Positions 51,100-63,429 of a stretch of 64,000 bases of DNA are shown here, in pieces (the first letter of the stretch is position 1; each line of letters begins with the position of its first letter). The notes below the pieces were generated by a model. That model was given only the letters and a program-made list of their open reading frames with translations. It did not search any database and was not told the DNA's origin. Where the stretch lies: assembly GCA_002633005.1 (NCBI GenBank), contig NMRA01000005.1:1002524-1066523 (forward strand), in the 5' to 3' direction. This DNA is from Phoronis australis (taxonomy: Eukaryota > Animalia > Phoronida). A program made the translations under genes and the position numbers.

Positions 51100-54000
51100 T
51101 GTTTAATGATGTTCACTGTATGATTTATGATTTGATGCGAGTTTGTCAGGGTTTTTACTTTATGAACATTTTAATGGATGGAATCTTACGAAGTTGTATA
51201 AATTTTAATTTTTTAAACATTGTATTCAGTGTAATTTCAGTTCCTTTCAAGCGATATTTAAGTTTACACAGTTTTTGTGCTACGTATTAATTTTGATTTT
51301 AATATTTTAAATGTTGTAGAAACGTGTACTAACTTTGCCAAGAATACAATGAAGATTTGGCCTCGCACAAAAATAACTTCAATTCCCTCAACGGCATATA
51401 ACCTGACGATCTGCCCGATCAATAACAAAGTAAAGATATCTGAAGCCCAGACCGAACAACTTTGTGAAAGTGAACCGAAAGGTGTCGATGAGTTGACAAT
51501 CGGCATACCACAACAAAATGATGCAATGCTGTGAATTCAAGTAATGAAGAAATTGGTTGAGCACGCGCAAAGTATCGCTGAAGAAATTGACTAAAAATAA
51601 AAAGCGAGAACAGTTACTACAACTGATAAGGAACCCTTCAAGAAGCTAACGCTCATTCTGACACAATAGATCACTGGCTTTGATAGAGATAGTTTTTTAA
51701 GAACTGTCTCTATCAAAGCCAGATGTTAACGATGTGCTTAAAAGCACATCGTTAACATCTGTTAACATTGCCGAAACTCTCACTGCCCTCGTTTCGTGGA
51801 GACCCAACGGAGTATTTCGCATTTACTAATGCGTTCGAGTCTCAGATAGAACGAAGACTGAGTAAAGACATTGATAAGTCGTATTACCTTGGGCAGTGTA
51901 CGCCATGAGATAGTGAAAAAGTTGAACCTAGCAGGTGGCAAGAGACGTATAAAGTTATCGACTCAGTCTCAGGGTGCCAAAATTCAGTGAAACTGTAGTG
52001 TACAGTCTGGATATCTTCGACGTGAGTGAAAGCACTGTGACCAATATATCCTCCGTTTCCTTCTGTTACCAAACTCCCAGTGTCAGTGAATGACAAGCCT
52101 ACTTTCGCAGATCTTCTTCGTTGGAGCCATTTGCGAGAAATTGCCAGACATACCCTGTGAGGTAGGATTGACTTATTGGCAACGACAACGATGATGCATT
52201 AGTTCCATTAGAGGTAAAACACGGAGAAGGTGAAGTCCTTACGCAGTTCGCACCGTACTTGGTTGTGTGATAAATGGACCCTTGGGAACTTCTGGATGTT
52301 CAAGCTATACAGGTAATTTGATAAAAATTGATGAACTTAAAGCAACCAATTGCTTTGATGGCTGATGCAATGTTTGAAGCAGTGTTTGATGAGGTACTTG
52401 CCCTCCAGAACCCCGAGATGCACTACCTTACCTGTGGTGGCCAAGCGAAATGAGAGATGAAGAATCAGAGGTATACTATATCGTTATCGTATCTGTTTAT
52501 TTTGAGCTGTGTGTTCTTCATCCGGCTGTAATTTTGCATTGAGGCACACTGCTGATGAATTTGGCTCTGTATATGGTCATGATATTGTAAATACCGTTAA
52601 TAATAACTTTTACGTGTATGATTGCCTAAAATCTGCACCTACTAAAGAAGATGCTATCTGTTTTGCCCTACACCTTCGGAAGCTTTTGAAGAAAGGAGAT
52701 TTCAGCTTGTCTAAATGGGTTTCATATAGTCCCTCTGTTATTAATCAACTACAGTCAAAGACATGTGCTTAGATGCCCCTCGATTTGAGCATGCATTGGG
52801 CGTAGAGTGGAACATCGAAAATGACTGCTCAAAGATCAACCTCTTACACGTCGTATCATTTTGTCCGTCATGAGCTCGGTGTACGACCACTTAGGACTTG
52901 TCGTACCTGCAATCTTGCCAGCGAAACTCATATTGCAGGACCTATGCAAAGCCAAGTTTTAACTGTCATCCCAACTTAAAAGTTGGGATGACAGTGCCCC
53001 CAGCAAACAAGCAGCTCCATGGAGTGAGTGGGTTAGCAATCTGTCCAAGCTGTCAAATCTGCATGTCAATCGTTATTTCAAACCAGTTGATTTTGGCAAG
53101 ATTGTATCCACGCAGCTGCACATATTTTCAGTTGCTTCGCAGTCCGGCATGACGGATCTCAAAGTAATTAATGTGTCATTTGTGATGGAAAATCTAGATT
53201 AGCCCCTTTAAAGACAACCACAAGTGCAAGGTTGGAATTGTCAGCTGCAGTTACTGCGGTGAAACTGTATCAACACAATCGTGAAGAGTTGAGCTGGACC
53301 TCAACGATGTTGTTTTGGACTGATAGCACAACCGTGTTGAAATACATCCAAATGAAAATAAGCGATTCCTAACGTTCGTAGGAAACAGTTTCTTTCATCA
53401 GGCAAAATACACAGCTAGATAACTAGGAGATGTGTAAACCGTGCTGACGATGCCTCACGCGGTCTGTCTGCTGGGGAGCCGCAGTTCAAGTAGCAGATGG
53501 CTAACGGGACTGGGTTTCTGGCGGAAACCAGTATATTCAGTAGAGACTCTTCTTCAAGGTTCTTAGTGACAGCTAAAGAGAACAGTAAGTTGGATCTTGA
53601 GATTCAAAAAATTCCTAATCGACAAGGTGAGAAATCAAGCAGCGAAAGCTTTCGATAAGCAATTTTTAGCTGTGAATGAGTAAAAATCAGCCGTGTTAAC
53701 CATTGGGAGTTAGTGTTTTGCGACAGAAATTGCAGCTTGTCAAAATGGTGACGTTAATGTATGCAAGCCTAGTAGCTGTTTACAGGCTTAGCCCAGTTAT
53801 ATGCAAGGTTTATTGCGTATCAGCGGTCGAATGATGTCACAAAACATCAGATCATCTTGCTCAAAAATCACCACATATCCGATTTGATTGTAAAGTATAA
53901 CCATGAATGCTCGACATTGTGGTCGACATTATGTGCTCTCTAAGCTGGGAGATTTTTTTTTGATTATTCAAGCTAGAGTTGACTACTGAGAATTTGCTTT

Positions 54001-55020
54001 AGTTGCAAACCGTACTTCGTCATGCACCGAGAGAGACCGTTCAAGTGTGGAATCAGTCGACAGTTCACGTGAAATCCAATGGAAGTTTATTACGCCATAT
54101 GCATCACACCATGGTGATGTACCGGAATGTTGCATTCGTTCTATTAGAATGCTGTTAAACGCCCTACTCAATGAACAAACTCTCAGTGATGAAAGTTTAG
54201 TAAGTCGTTTATATGTGAGATAGAGTGTATTCTAAATGGTTGACCTGTGACCCTACTCTCAGAGGATCCTAATGATTTATCGGTGTCAACCCCTAATGAT
54301 TTGTTATTGTTAAGAGGCACCTGTTGTGTGCCACCTGGCGTTTTCAAGAAGGCCGATGCCTACTCCATCCATAGGCGGCGACGAATTCAGTATTTAGCTG
54401 ACCTATTTTGGAAACGTTGTCTTTCTGAATATTTATCATTTATGCAATTAAGACAAAAATGGGATAAGGACTATCCAACTTTTTAGTCATGGGCCTTGTC
54501 TTAGTGATTGACCACCAGTTATCTAGAAATTATTGGCCACTTGGTGGAATTACTATAACTGGACTGGTCAGTTCAGTTGAGGTCAGAGCCAAAAATGAAC
54601 CAGTGAAACGACCGATTAACAAACTTATTCCTCTATTGAGTGATTAACTTAGTTGTTATTTGTGTTTGATTGTTTGTAAATTGCACCCTATGTTTGCAAT
54701 TTAGGAGCCGGTTTATGTATAATTGCGCTTAGCGCGAGTCTTTGTTTTGTTTAATGACGTCTTGCATCATCTATGATTTGATGCGCGTTTGTCAGCGTCT
54801 TTACTCTAAGAACACTTCAGTGGATGGAATCTCACGCAGTTGTAAGTTTTGTTTTAGTTTTTCTTTTAAACGTAGTATTTAATGTAATTTCAATTACATT
54901 CAAGCGATATTTAATCTTACTCACTTAACGTATTCCTATGGACTTGAATTTAGTATTTTAAATTTTGTAGAAATGTGTACTCACGATGCCAACAATTTAG
55001 TAAAGACTTGGCCACGCACA
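51100..55020 (+). mobile_element. Old, heavily decayed BEL/Pao LTR retrotransposon
   Basis: Diverged direct LTRs at about 51100-51369 and 54716-55020, both ending cgcaca, with PPT-like ttaggagccgg before the 3' LTR. Broken pol motifs: CNFALR..NNFYVYDCLKS (RT YVDD), [58 protein letters not shown]. Confidence 0.92.
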
Positions 55021-55359
55021 AACGTGATGTAGCCTATGGAGCTACGGGCAAACGCTCTAAGAAAGCTCATGGTTGACAACTATGTTCACGAGGAGGGTCT
55101 CATGAGTTTTAAATCAGGGGCTTTATGAAATGGGCCCGATCTATGGTGAGCGCACGTACGATGCAGTCCAGACATCGGACCGCCTGCAATTTTCCGTTTT
55201 CCTATAACAACACCGCCTCCATTCAATTTAATTCTCGCTAACCACTCGGTTCATTCTCGACCGAGGGTTCGTCTTTCCAATTTTGGGATTCGTCCTTCTC
55301 GTTGGAAAGCCCGTCCTTCCCATTGGATTATTAATTTGTCCTTCACATCGATAGTCCGA

Positions 55360-55840
55360 ACTTCTTATTGGATGAACAAGTCTGATGAAATTCACTTGCT
55401 AATATTATACAATTGATGACTTCACTTTTTGTTTGACGTCAGATTCGTAATACCACAGCGGACTCGTCGGTGAAGTTAACAATCGATATCCATAGACGTG
55501 GCGGTCTGTTAGCACTGTCCCTGTCGTGAATAGTTTTGGGTGACGTATTAACACTGCAATTATAGAAGCATCAAATTTGTCACAGACATAATATTTGGGC
55601 CTCAGTGCTTTACTAAAATGTAGTGAGTTAACGGCGTTTTTACATCGTATCTAAACGAAAGTGGAAGTCTCCGTTTAGGCTCTGAGTGAAAAAATGAAAT
55701 CCATTTTTATCTATTATAGATCATAGGTTCCACGATTTCAAATATTTAAGCGTGTAACAAATTCTGTAGGTGTTGAAAGGCTAAGAAAACATGTTTACAC
55801 AAGTCAACAAGTTATTGGTTGTCATTTGTTGACGTCAGCT
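55360..55840 (+). promoter_or_regulatory. Possible promoter region of the WSC-kringle gene
   Basis: Two full CRE palindromes TGACGTCA (55434-55441 and 55830-55837), ATTGG boxes, a candidate donor gtgagt near 55623 and an acceptor ttattag at 56212 ahead of the ATG. Confidence 0.35.
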
Positions 55841-56269
55841 GCATGAGTTCATTAAACATACATTTCGCTCTGTTCAGCTGGTAAAATGAAAATTGAATTA
55901 CAAGTTTTACTCTTATCAAATCGGCCTCATATTATTCTTTACCGTGATAGGATTATATTTCCGTTACCAGCTCAGGTCACAGGTCATGCAGCGTACGCCA
56001 TTTTCGAATTCACAATTTTAGGGTTGGCCAAGCCTAATAAAGTCTGAAATACCTTCTTGAGTCCCGATGAGAATTGTACAGTAGGCAGTACAGACGTGTT
56101 GTTTACGCTGTTGATGTCGCTGATCCAAAGTCGTGAACGACCTTTACATGGTTTGTCAATAAAATTTTGGAATTGTTCAAGACATTGAAGTATCTGTCCT
56201 TTCTGTTATTAGGTCAAGTCGCCTTTGATTACCACTGGAATCAAATTGACTTAAACTGTGTTGATAAAC

Positions 56270-57868
56270 ATGGGACTCCACAAATACCAACGACAGAAAT
56301 GTCTTGGGTTAGTTGCCGTCTTTTGCTCGTTGATAGCAGCGACAACTTCGGTGCCGGATTGTTATGTTGATACAGGCGACCCAAACGCGTTGGCACACAA
56401 GAAGCACACATCCGTCACCAACACGCTGAAAATGTGCCAGTACGTCTGTGGTTTGGACGGCTATGTGTACGCTGGCGTTGAAAACGGAAAAGATTGTTTT
56501 TGTGGAGACCAGATTCATGGTACAAAGGTGAAGGATGACCAGGACTGCAAGACTATGAAATGCCCCGGTGATCCAAATGAGATATGCGGCGGAAATGGAA
56601 GAATTTGGATAGTTCTAAGCACGCACGAGGTGCCATCTTGCTTTCAAGTTAAAGTGAGCACAGAAAAGTTCTCAGTGAAAGCGTATGAGGACACCAAAAG
56701 TAATACGCACGAAAAATGTCAGATGAGATGCGGCCATTTGGGATACATTTATGCAGCAGTTCAAAATGGGGTTAACTGCCATTGCTTTAACGCGTTCACG
56801 GAGTCGGAGGTTCGTCCTGCAGCAGTCACACAGTGTAACAAAGTTTGTTCCGGCAACAAGAAACAAAACTGTGGCGGCCTCAATCACAAGTGGATCATGC
56901 CCTCATCCAGCAGCCCTGACCGAAACTGTATAACGTATCAAAGTAGCACAGGTTACAAAGGAAAATTGTCCGTTTCCGAGTCAAACAGAAAATGCCTGTC
57001 GTGGACGCAAGTGCTAGAAAAAAATAAAAAATTGGTTGATGAGTTCATATCTCGTAGGATTGCCTCACTGACGGAGGAGGAGAAGACATCGGGATATTGT
57101 CGAAATTTTGACAAAAGTTTGAATGGTCCGTGGTGTTTTATTGACTTGAAGGGCACGCGAGAAGACTGTTATGTACCGATATGCAAATCAGTCGAGCCTG
57201 GGGTGAACTGCTTAATTCAATCGTCGTCGGCTTACACAGGTACACAGGACATATCTAAGCGGGGTAAAGAGTGTATGGTATGGAATAAGGTGAAGAAAGA
57301 CGATTACAAAGATGTTATTAATTCGTGGAATGAAAAGGATAAAAGCAGCAATTATTGTAGGAGCTTGAAAGGCCAGAAACCTGGCTGTTACATCGAAGTT
57401 AACGGCGATGTTTTTGTGGATGAATGCGATATAGCCGAGTGCAGTGAAGCGCTGTCAAGTAATACCTGTATGAGTAGCTACGATGACACTTGCCTTGCCC
57501 ACCAACATATAACCTGTCTGAAATACGAGGATGGTTTTGAGTACATCGGTTCCATGTCGAAGTCTGCCACAGGTAGACACTGTTTACCCTGGAGCCACGA
57601 GGCGGTTCAGGTCGACCTGCATAAAAGTAAAGCAATGTGGCAAGAATACCACAAATGGCCCAAGTCCGTGCAGAAATCCAACCTGTGCCGTAATCCCGAT
57701 AGAATTGAGCTTGGGCCGTGGTGCTATGTTTCTCCGGGTTACCGAGAATTGTGCCACATTGAGATCTGCGCTGGAGCTCCCGTCGTAAGAAAAACCGCTC
57801 CTGCTGTGGGAGAAGTCGCAAAAAAGACGGATGTGACCAATAAAGAAACAGAAGTTGGAAGGAAGTGA
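56270..57868 (+). CDS. Secreted WSC-WSC-kringle-kringle-kringle protein, 532 aa, intronless CDS
   Basis: ATG at 56270 (aaacATGG) with a hydrophobic signal-like segment CLGLVAVFCSLIAATTS. Two WSC motifs (C...C...GY.YA.V.NG..C.C ... C...C.G.....CGG) and three kringles (Y.G..S.S.....C..W ... YCRN.D....PWC). No transmembrane or protease domain before the stop. Confidence 0.9.
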   Translation: MGLHKYQRQKCLGLVAVFCSLIAATTSVPDCYVDTGDPNALAHKKHTSVTNTLKMCQYVCGLDGYVYAGVENGKDCFCGDQIHGTKVKDDQDCKTMKCPGDPNEICGGNGRIWIVLSTHEVPSCFQVKVSTEKFSVKAYEDTKSNTHEKCQMRCGHLGYIYAAVQNGVNCHCFNAFTESEVRPAAVTQCNKVCSGNKKQNCGGLNHKWIMPSSSSPDRNCITYQSSTGYKGKLSVSESNRKCLSWTQVLEKNKKLVDEFISRRIASLTEEEKTSGYCRNFDKSLNGPWCFIDLKGTREDCYVPICKSVEPGVNCLIQSSSAYTGTQDISKRGKECMVWNKVKKDDYKDVINSWNEKDKSSNYCRSLKGQKPGCYIEVNGDVFVDECDIAECSEALSSNTCMSSYDDTCLAHQHITCLKYEDGFEYIGSMSKSATGRHCLPWSHEAVQVDLHKSKAMWQEYHKWPKSVQKSNLCRNPDRIELGPWCYVSPGYRELCHIEICAGAPVVRKTAPAVGEVAKKTDVTNKETEVGRK

Positions 57869-58324
57869 ACGTCATTGGGACAGCAGATGCTTTGCCCGAA
57901 CCAATTCCCGGAACAAAACATTTTTTCTGTTGCTCAAAATTGCTTTCGATGTAATTTGGAGTTACGTCGAACATTGTAGAATTCACTTTTTGATAGTTGA
58001 AAACTCGGTGAATCTCAATTTTGTGATCGTTGTTTTCGTCGTCTTTCGCATAGCATGAATTTATTTCAGCCGGCGTCCGTCTAATATTCGATACGTTTGT
58101 AAAGTAAAGATGTCGCACTAGCGCCAGGTCGTGTCCTCCAGCAGTCTCTTTATAGCAAAGTCTAAGGAGACACGCGTTTCGATGTGTTCGGAAATGCAAT
58201 TCAACTCACGCGACATTTTAATATTATGTGGGACCTGAGTATGAAAAATGTCCAAATTTAGAGAATGTCGGAACATCATATTTCAGAAATGAGAGGCCAA
58301 TTGGATTCGTTTTGAAACTTTTTG

Positions 58325-58523
58325 ATGTAGAATATAAATAGGTAAATAAAACAACAAGAATGGATCAACTGAAATGTTCGGATATAATAACGTCCTTTGT
58401 CAACAAGTAAAATCAAACGCTATATGACAATTTAAGATGTGGCGTTGACAAAGGACGTTATTATATCCGAAAATTTCAGTTGATCCATTCTTGTTGTTTT
58501 ATTTACCTATTTATATTCTACAT
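58325..58523. repeat. Near-perfect 80-bp inverted repeat with a 39-nt spacer
   Basis: 58325-58404 is the reverse complement of 58444-58523 (one mismatch seen). Confidence 0.93.
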
Positions 58524-59969
58524 TTCGTGAAACAATAGTATCCTTGGGAGGATCTGGATCGCCTTATTTAGTTTCAGATTTATTTTCTACGTTATTTATA
58601 AACTTTCTGATGAAATGTTTATACAATATTCTATAAAACGCTGTAATTACATACCGTTTTTTAAAGTGTTCCACTTTTGCATGAGAGATTATCGAAAATG
58701 GGACTTTTGTGATTTTTTCGAATAAAATAGAAGACGCATAAAATGGAATAAAAGCGAAATGATAAAATATCAAAAGCACATTGCCACACGGCCCCCTGAT
58801 GGCAGACTGACATGACATAAAAAATCAGGTTCTGCAGGTTTTCTGCTATCAAAGGTTCTGAAGATATTTGGCTATGAACGTAGACTTGTCAACAAGAACC
58901 ATCATATCCTTAACATGAAAATGTCCGCGTTCAGTCCCAGTTTTTAGCGGAAATGCACTAAGTGAACTCACAACCCTTAGATGGCTAAAGAATCATCAAG
59001 ACAAGATAATGAAATTAGTCTAAAACACGTCTGTTTCAGATTTGCGTAAAACCAATTCGACGGAAACGATAATTTAGAAAACTAAAACAGCGTTTTTAAA
59101 ATTTTATCTTGACAATTTATAAATCAAACGAAATTTGCACTTCTTATTGTTACGGTTGTTTTGCCAAGAGTACTTGGCTAAATCTTAATAAAGAACATGA
59201 TCACGCGACCCAAAATTCAACAGAAGAATAGTGTAAAATCAAAAATCTTCGGGCTTTATACTTTCAAGTATGTACTTTTACTGAGTTTAAAATTTTTGTT
59301 GATATTTGACTAAATACACCGACTTGTCGATATGGTCCAGCATAAACGTAGTCAGAAATGTGTTACGCTCCACACCTGTATTTCTGATAAAAGCAGAAGC
59401 ACGTGGTCTCTAAAAATATACCCCATTATTCCTAGTTGCTCAGATAATTTGCATTGAATTATTTCTAAACTGCGATGCGCCTTGTCTAGCCGAAACTAAA
59501 TTCAGTTGCCGCGAAGTGTCAGCGTAAGTAAAATTTCTAACTCACTGGCGTAAAAATAATATCATTGGCGTATTGGCGCGCTATGATGCAACAGCACCAG
59601 TTAAAATTGGAAGTGAATAAGGACAAAAATTAACATGACCCACAAGTCCTCCAAATTGGCCCAGTTTACCCATACCTACGTTTTTTCCCAAAATGTTCCC
59701 TGTAAGGACGGATGTCTTCGTCAGGCTCTGCCATTACACACTACCAAGACATTTTGCAGTCCAAGATGGCTTCGAAAACTGGACTGATAACGCAATTTCG
59801 TAACCTATGTCACCAATGTCGGAAAGACTGCATCTTTTTTACATTCAGGTTTGAATGAGTACTGCGTGTTGAAGATGTCCGTTCTCACTATCTGAGATGG
59901 ACGCATTTAAGTGAAAGGTATCATCATCGCGATTTGAACTACATTACAAGCTGTTTCGATGGCTTAACC

Positions 59970-60100
59970 CAGTGGCGGATTTAAGGGGCCATGCCTCCCC
60001 CCTCCATTTGTCAGTTCGGGGGTGCGAATGTCTAACCGGTAAAATCTTGGCTAATACTCTGCCTTGGACCCCTTAACTCAAAATCCTGGATCCGCCCCTG
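59970..60100. mobile_element. Small hAT-like MITE with a 5-bp TSD
   Basis: TIRs cagtggcggat / atccgcccctg; TAACC on both sides. Confidence 0.8.
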
Positions 60101-60597
60101 TAACCTATGCCTTTATCAAACATCTCTTCCCTGTGTTTGAGCTCGTAAATTGGGGATAGCATTCAGTAGTCTATCTTTTAGCCTAGTAACGTTCACGAAT
60201 CCGGAGAAACCTTCCAACCAAGATTGATACATTTTTGGAAATGTGACTGGCGAAACACGGGCAACTTGTTATTACACTGGGAATCTCGATGAGCGAGATA
60301 AGCTCACCCAAAACGAGACTCACGTGACCTGTCCTTAACTTGTACTGTCGGTACCTAACTTGTTCTTCAGAGTGATGATAACTGTGCTTTCTAACTTCAT
60401 TGTGCAAAGTAGTCAGACAACTTAGTGATATTTTGCGTCTAAAGCATGCATGTTTCCTTCTGATAACTTCCCTAATAACTTAGTGTCATACAGTGTCATA
60501 GCATAATTTCAAAAATTGCTCAGAGGTGGTTGCGTGTTACAACTATTATTAAAATCTATTGGTCTATTTACGCCGACCTCTTGTCTATTTACATTGT

Positions 60598-60639
60598 CAC
60601 GACGTTTCGGTCGGTCTATTCTCCGGCCATCGTCAGGTG
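60598..60639 (-). ncRNA. Minimal type I hammerhead ribozyme of the Penelope-like element pLTR type
   Basis: The minus strand reads CAC CUGACGA U GGCCGG agaauaga CCGACC GAAAC GUC GUG: intact CUGANGA and GAAA cores, stem II, a GUC triplet and a CAC/GUG stem I. Confidence 0.75.
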
Positions 60640-62469
60640 TTCCTATGTGGTACACTCATCATGGTTTGATTTTTGATTGTCCGAGGAAGGATTTGAAACC
60701 ACGACTTCTGAAAATGCAGGTGTTTTGAGTTCAGCACCTTAACCAATACACCACGGAGTCATCCATTTACTTAGAGGCAATATACCGGCTTAAACCTTCC
60801 TAAATTGACTGAGCCAGGTGTCACTTGGCCATACATGTCAGAATGTTTAGTTGCATGCAACTAATCCCAACTTATCTCAACTTATCCTGTCATCACTACT
60901 GCAAGCCTGTTGCTGACATAATGTTTGTTATCAAACTGCCCCTGCAGGTGGCGCAGCGATTACTGGGAATAGTTGAATTAGTTGAAATGCGTGATTGGTG
61001 TCTCTAACATTGAGCTTGTGGATGACATCATGCAAGTTAGCTCCCTGTCCACAGGTGACGTACCGATTAGTAGGAATAGTTGAATTAGTTAAACCCAACT
61101 AATCCCAAATCAGCTCAACCTATCCAGCACTGAGCTGTTTGCATGGCTGACTGAAGACCTGCCTTGGTACTTTCATGATCAAGGGAACCATGTATCAAAG
61201 TCGGTTTTGCGACTCAGGTTTTCATAGATGAAATGCAAACTAGTTTCAAGGCGCTGGCACAAATGTTTGTAAGTGCATCTAAAACATATCTGTGAAAAGG
61301 AGGAATTTGTCGGATTATGCCTGCAGATGACGCTTTCTGGGTGTGTATCATAATTGCACTGAATATTTCTGTTTGTTTGCTTGTTCTATTTAGAAGATTT
61401 CATATAAAGGACACACTTAAAGGTAAATGAGAGCATACTGTTTGTGTGTCACCATCACTCTACAAATGGTATGTGGAAAGTTTAAGCGTATTTAACTGAA
61501 AAGTCGGCCTTGATTGAATGTTTTGGCACTGAGACAATGGCGATTATTGGGTGATAGGTACTAAAAACACAACGGATTTTGCTGCTTTATAGTTCTGCTT
61601 AAAGCTACAAGAAGTCTGTCGCATCCAAATATAATCCCAAAAATGCGTTTGTGCCTTAAAAGAACGCTCCATTTTGTTGTCGACAGTGGATGGGGAGGTC
61701 TCATGTTTGATGATGCCCACAATGCTTTCTAATTTAAGTCGCCACAACGTTTATGAGAAAACTTGAGAATTGCGTTTACGCTTACATACTGTACAATGAG
61801 AGTCAGGGCCCTCCATACATCCATCGACAATCGCCACGACGTGAACTGCAGTCACTTTATTAGGCTACCTCAGGGGGACCTAGCAAACGTCTGATACGCA
61901 ATGCATGGGAGAGACCGAGAGGGCCTCTGGCGGCAAACTTGTAAACTATACTGGCGCTTAATCCAATGAGGAAGTAAAATTCATTGTATTATCAGTAACA
62001 CAATTCTGACGTAAATTTACAACCGTGGTTTTCCCGCAAGTATCACATGAGTCACCCGACCCCGGGGGTACTCCCATGGAAGGGATACTTCTGTACGGGA
62101 CATGCCGTTGAGATGCATGCGTGTTTCACGCGGCTAACTACCCTTCGAAAGGTTGCCTTTCCGACAAAATTCCCTACCGTCGAACAACTGCCTTTTCCTA
62201 TTTATTTCCCACTGTTCATTTCGTCAGAGTTGAAGCTTAACAAAAAGGCTCCCTAGTTTCCATCTATAAATATCTTCATTTTTTTAAAACTTTTTTCATA
62301 TTTTAAAAATTCGGTTGCAAAAGAAGGGCACAGTGTCTTGTTAAAATTGCTCTTGTGTTTTCAGAAACTGGTCTTCACTGAAGGATGTATTTTTCTTGAA
62401 TCGCATCCCACCCCCGCCGTCGGAGATCTGTAAATACGGCACATCTGTCGATAACTCCGGGAATTTTCG

Positions 62470-63429
62470 TTATTAGTCACCAGTCACAAGTCTCGTGATT
62501 TCAGGTTATTTTACTCTGAGAATTTTCACTTGCCAGGTAAAAGAACGGACGAACTCCGGCAGTCAACAGGTAAGTCAATCACCGTGTCAGTTTTGTGAGA
62601 AAACTCTAATTTTGATTACGTAAAGATTCCATTTCTAAGTATAGTCATTACTGTTTTACGTCCAGTGAAACCACGTGACGTATGCACGAAGTTCATATAT
62701 TTTGAAAGCGAAAGCGTTTCTCGCTTGTATTAGTCTTCGGTCTAAAGTGGAACGTATTATGTAAAAAGTTTTTCGGTGAATGCATCTGCACAGCGTAGAA
62801 CCCGAAGGCCGTCGCTTGATTTTAAGACGTGCATGTATTGCTGAAGACTCTGGGCTACAGATCTACGGTTGTAAATTAGTTTAGCTTTTCTTTCTAGAAT
62901 ACCGTCCTACCTGAGGACTTCCTTGAAAACATTTAGTGTCTCTAAAGTGTCGCCGGAAGTTTTCTTTGAAATCGTAATTTTATTTGTTAAAAGGATACCA
63001 AACCCTGTTTTGATGACTTCAACCAAGAATCCTCGTTCAGTCACCTGCTAATGCACTTTATTGGCGTCAATTTTTCAAGTTAAAGACAGGAATCAACTAA
63101 AAACTCATCTTCCTCATCTCACAAATTGGATTTTATGGTCCTTAATGGGTGGGTAGTCTTTTCCCACAGTTGCCGTGTAATGCGCCAAAATCGTAGGTCA
63201 CGCATGCCCGTTTAGCAGACTTTGAAAGGAGTTTCAAATTTACCTGCAAACTTTTCAGGGTTGTCGATGGTTACAGAGCATTATATGTTGCTTTAGAGAA
63301 CTGGACGGGAATTGTGTTCAGTTAATAGGCCCAATTGTGTTAAGACGCGTTTTTTTTTTCAAGCATATTTAATCGTTGTGTTTTAGATTCGCGAGGAGAA
63401 AGGCTGTTGTTACTGAGCTAAGCTGCTAT
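62470..63429 (+). other. Candidate 5' non-coding exons of a downstream gene (exon 1 ending at 62569, exon 2 at 63387-63429)
   Basis: CpG-richer patch with Inr-like ttagtc, donor CAG|gtaagt at 62569/70, acceptor tgtgttttag at 63386 and donor gtgagt at 63430. No coding sequence in the window. Confidence 0.45.

Noticed and set aside
57399-58199. 266-aa antisense ORF
   Set aside because: Largely a shadow of the kringle exon, with no domain features.
59700-59730. Second hammerhead (CTGACGAAGAC on the minus strand; similar at 30753)
   Set aside because: The GAAA core is missing after stem II.
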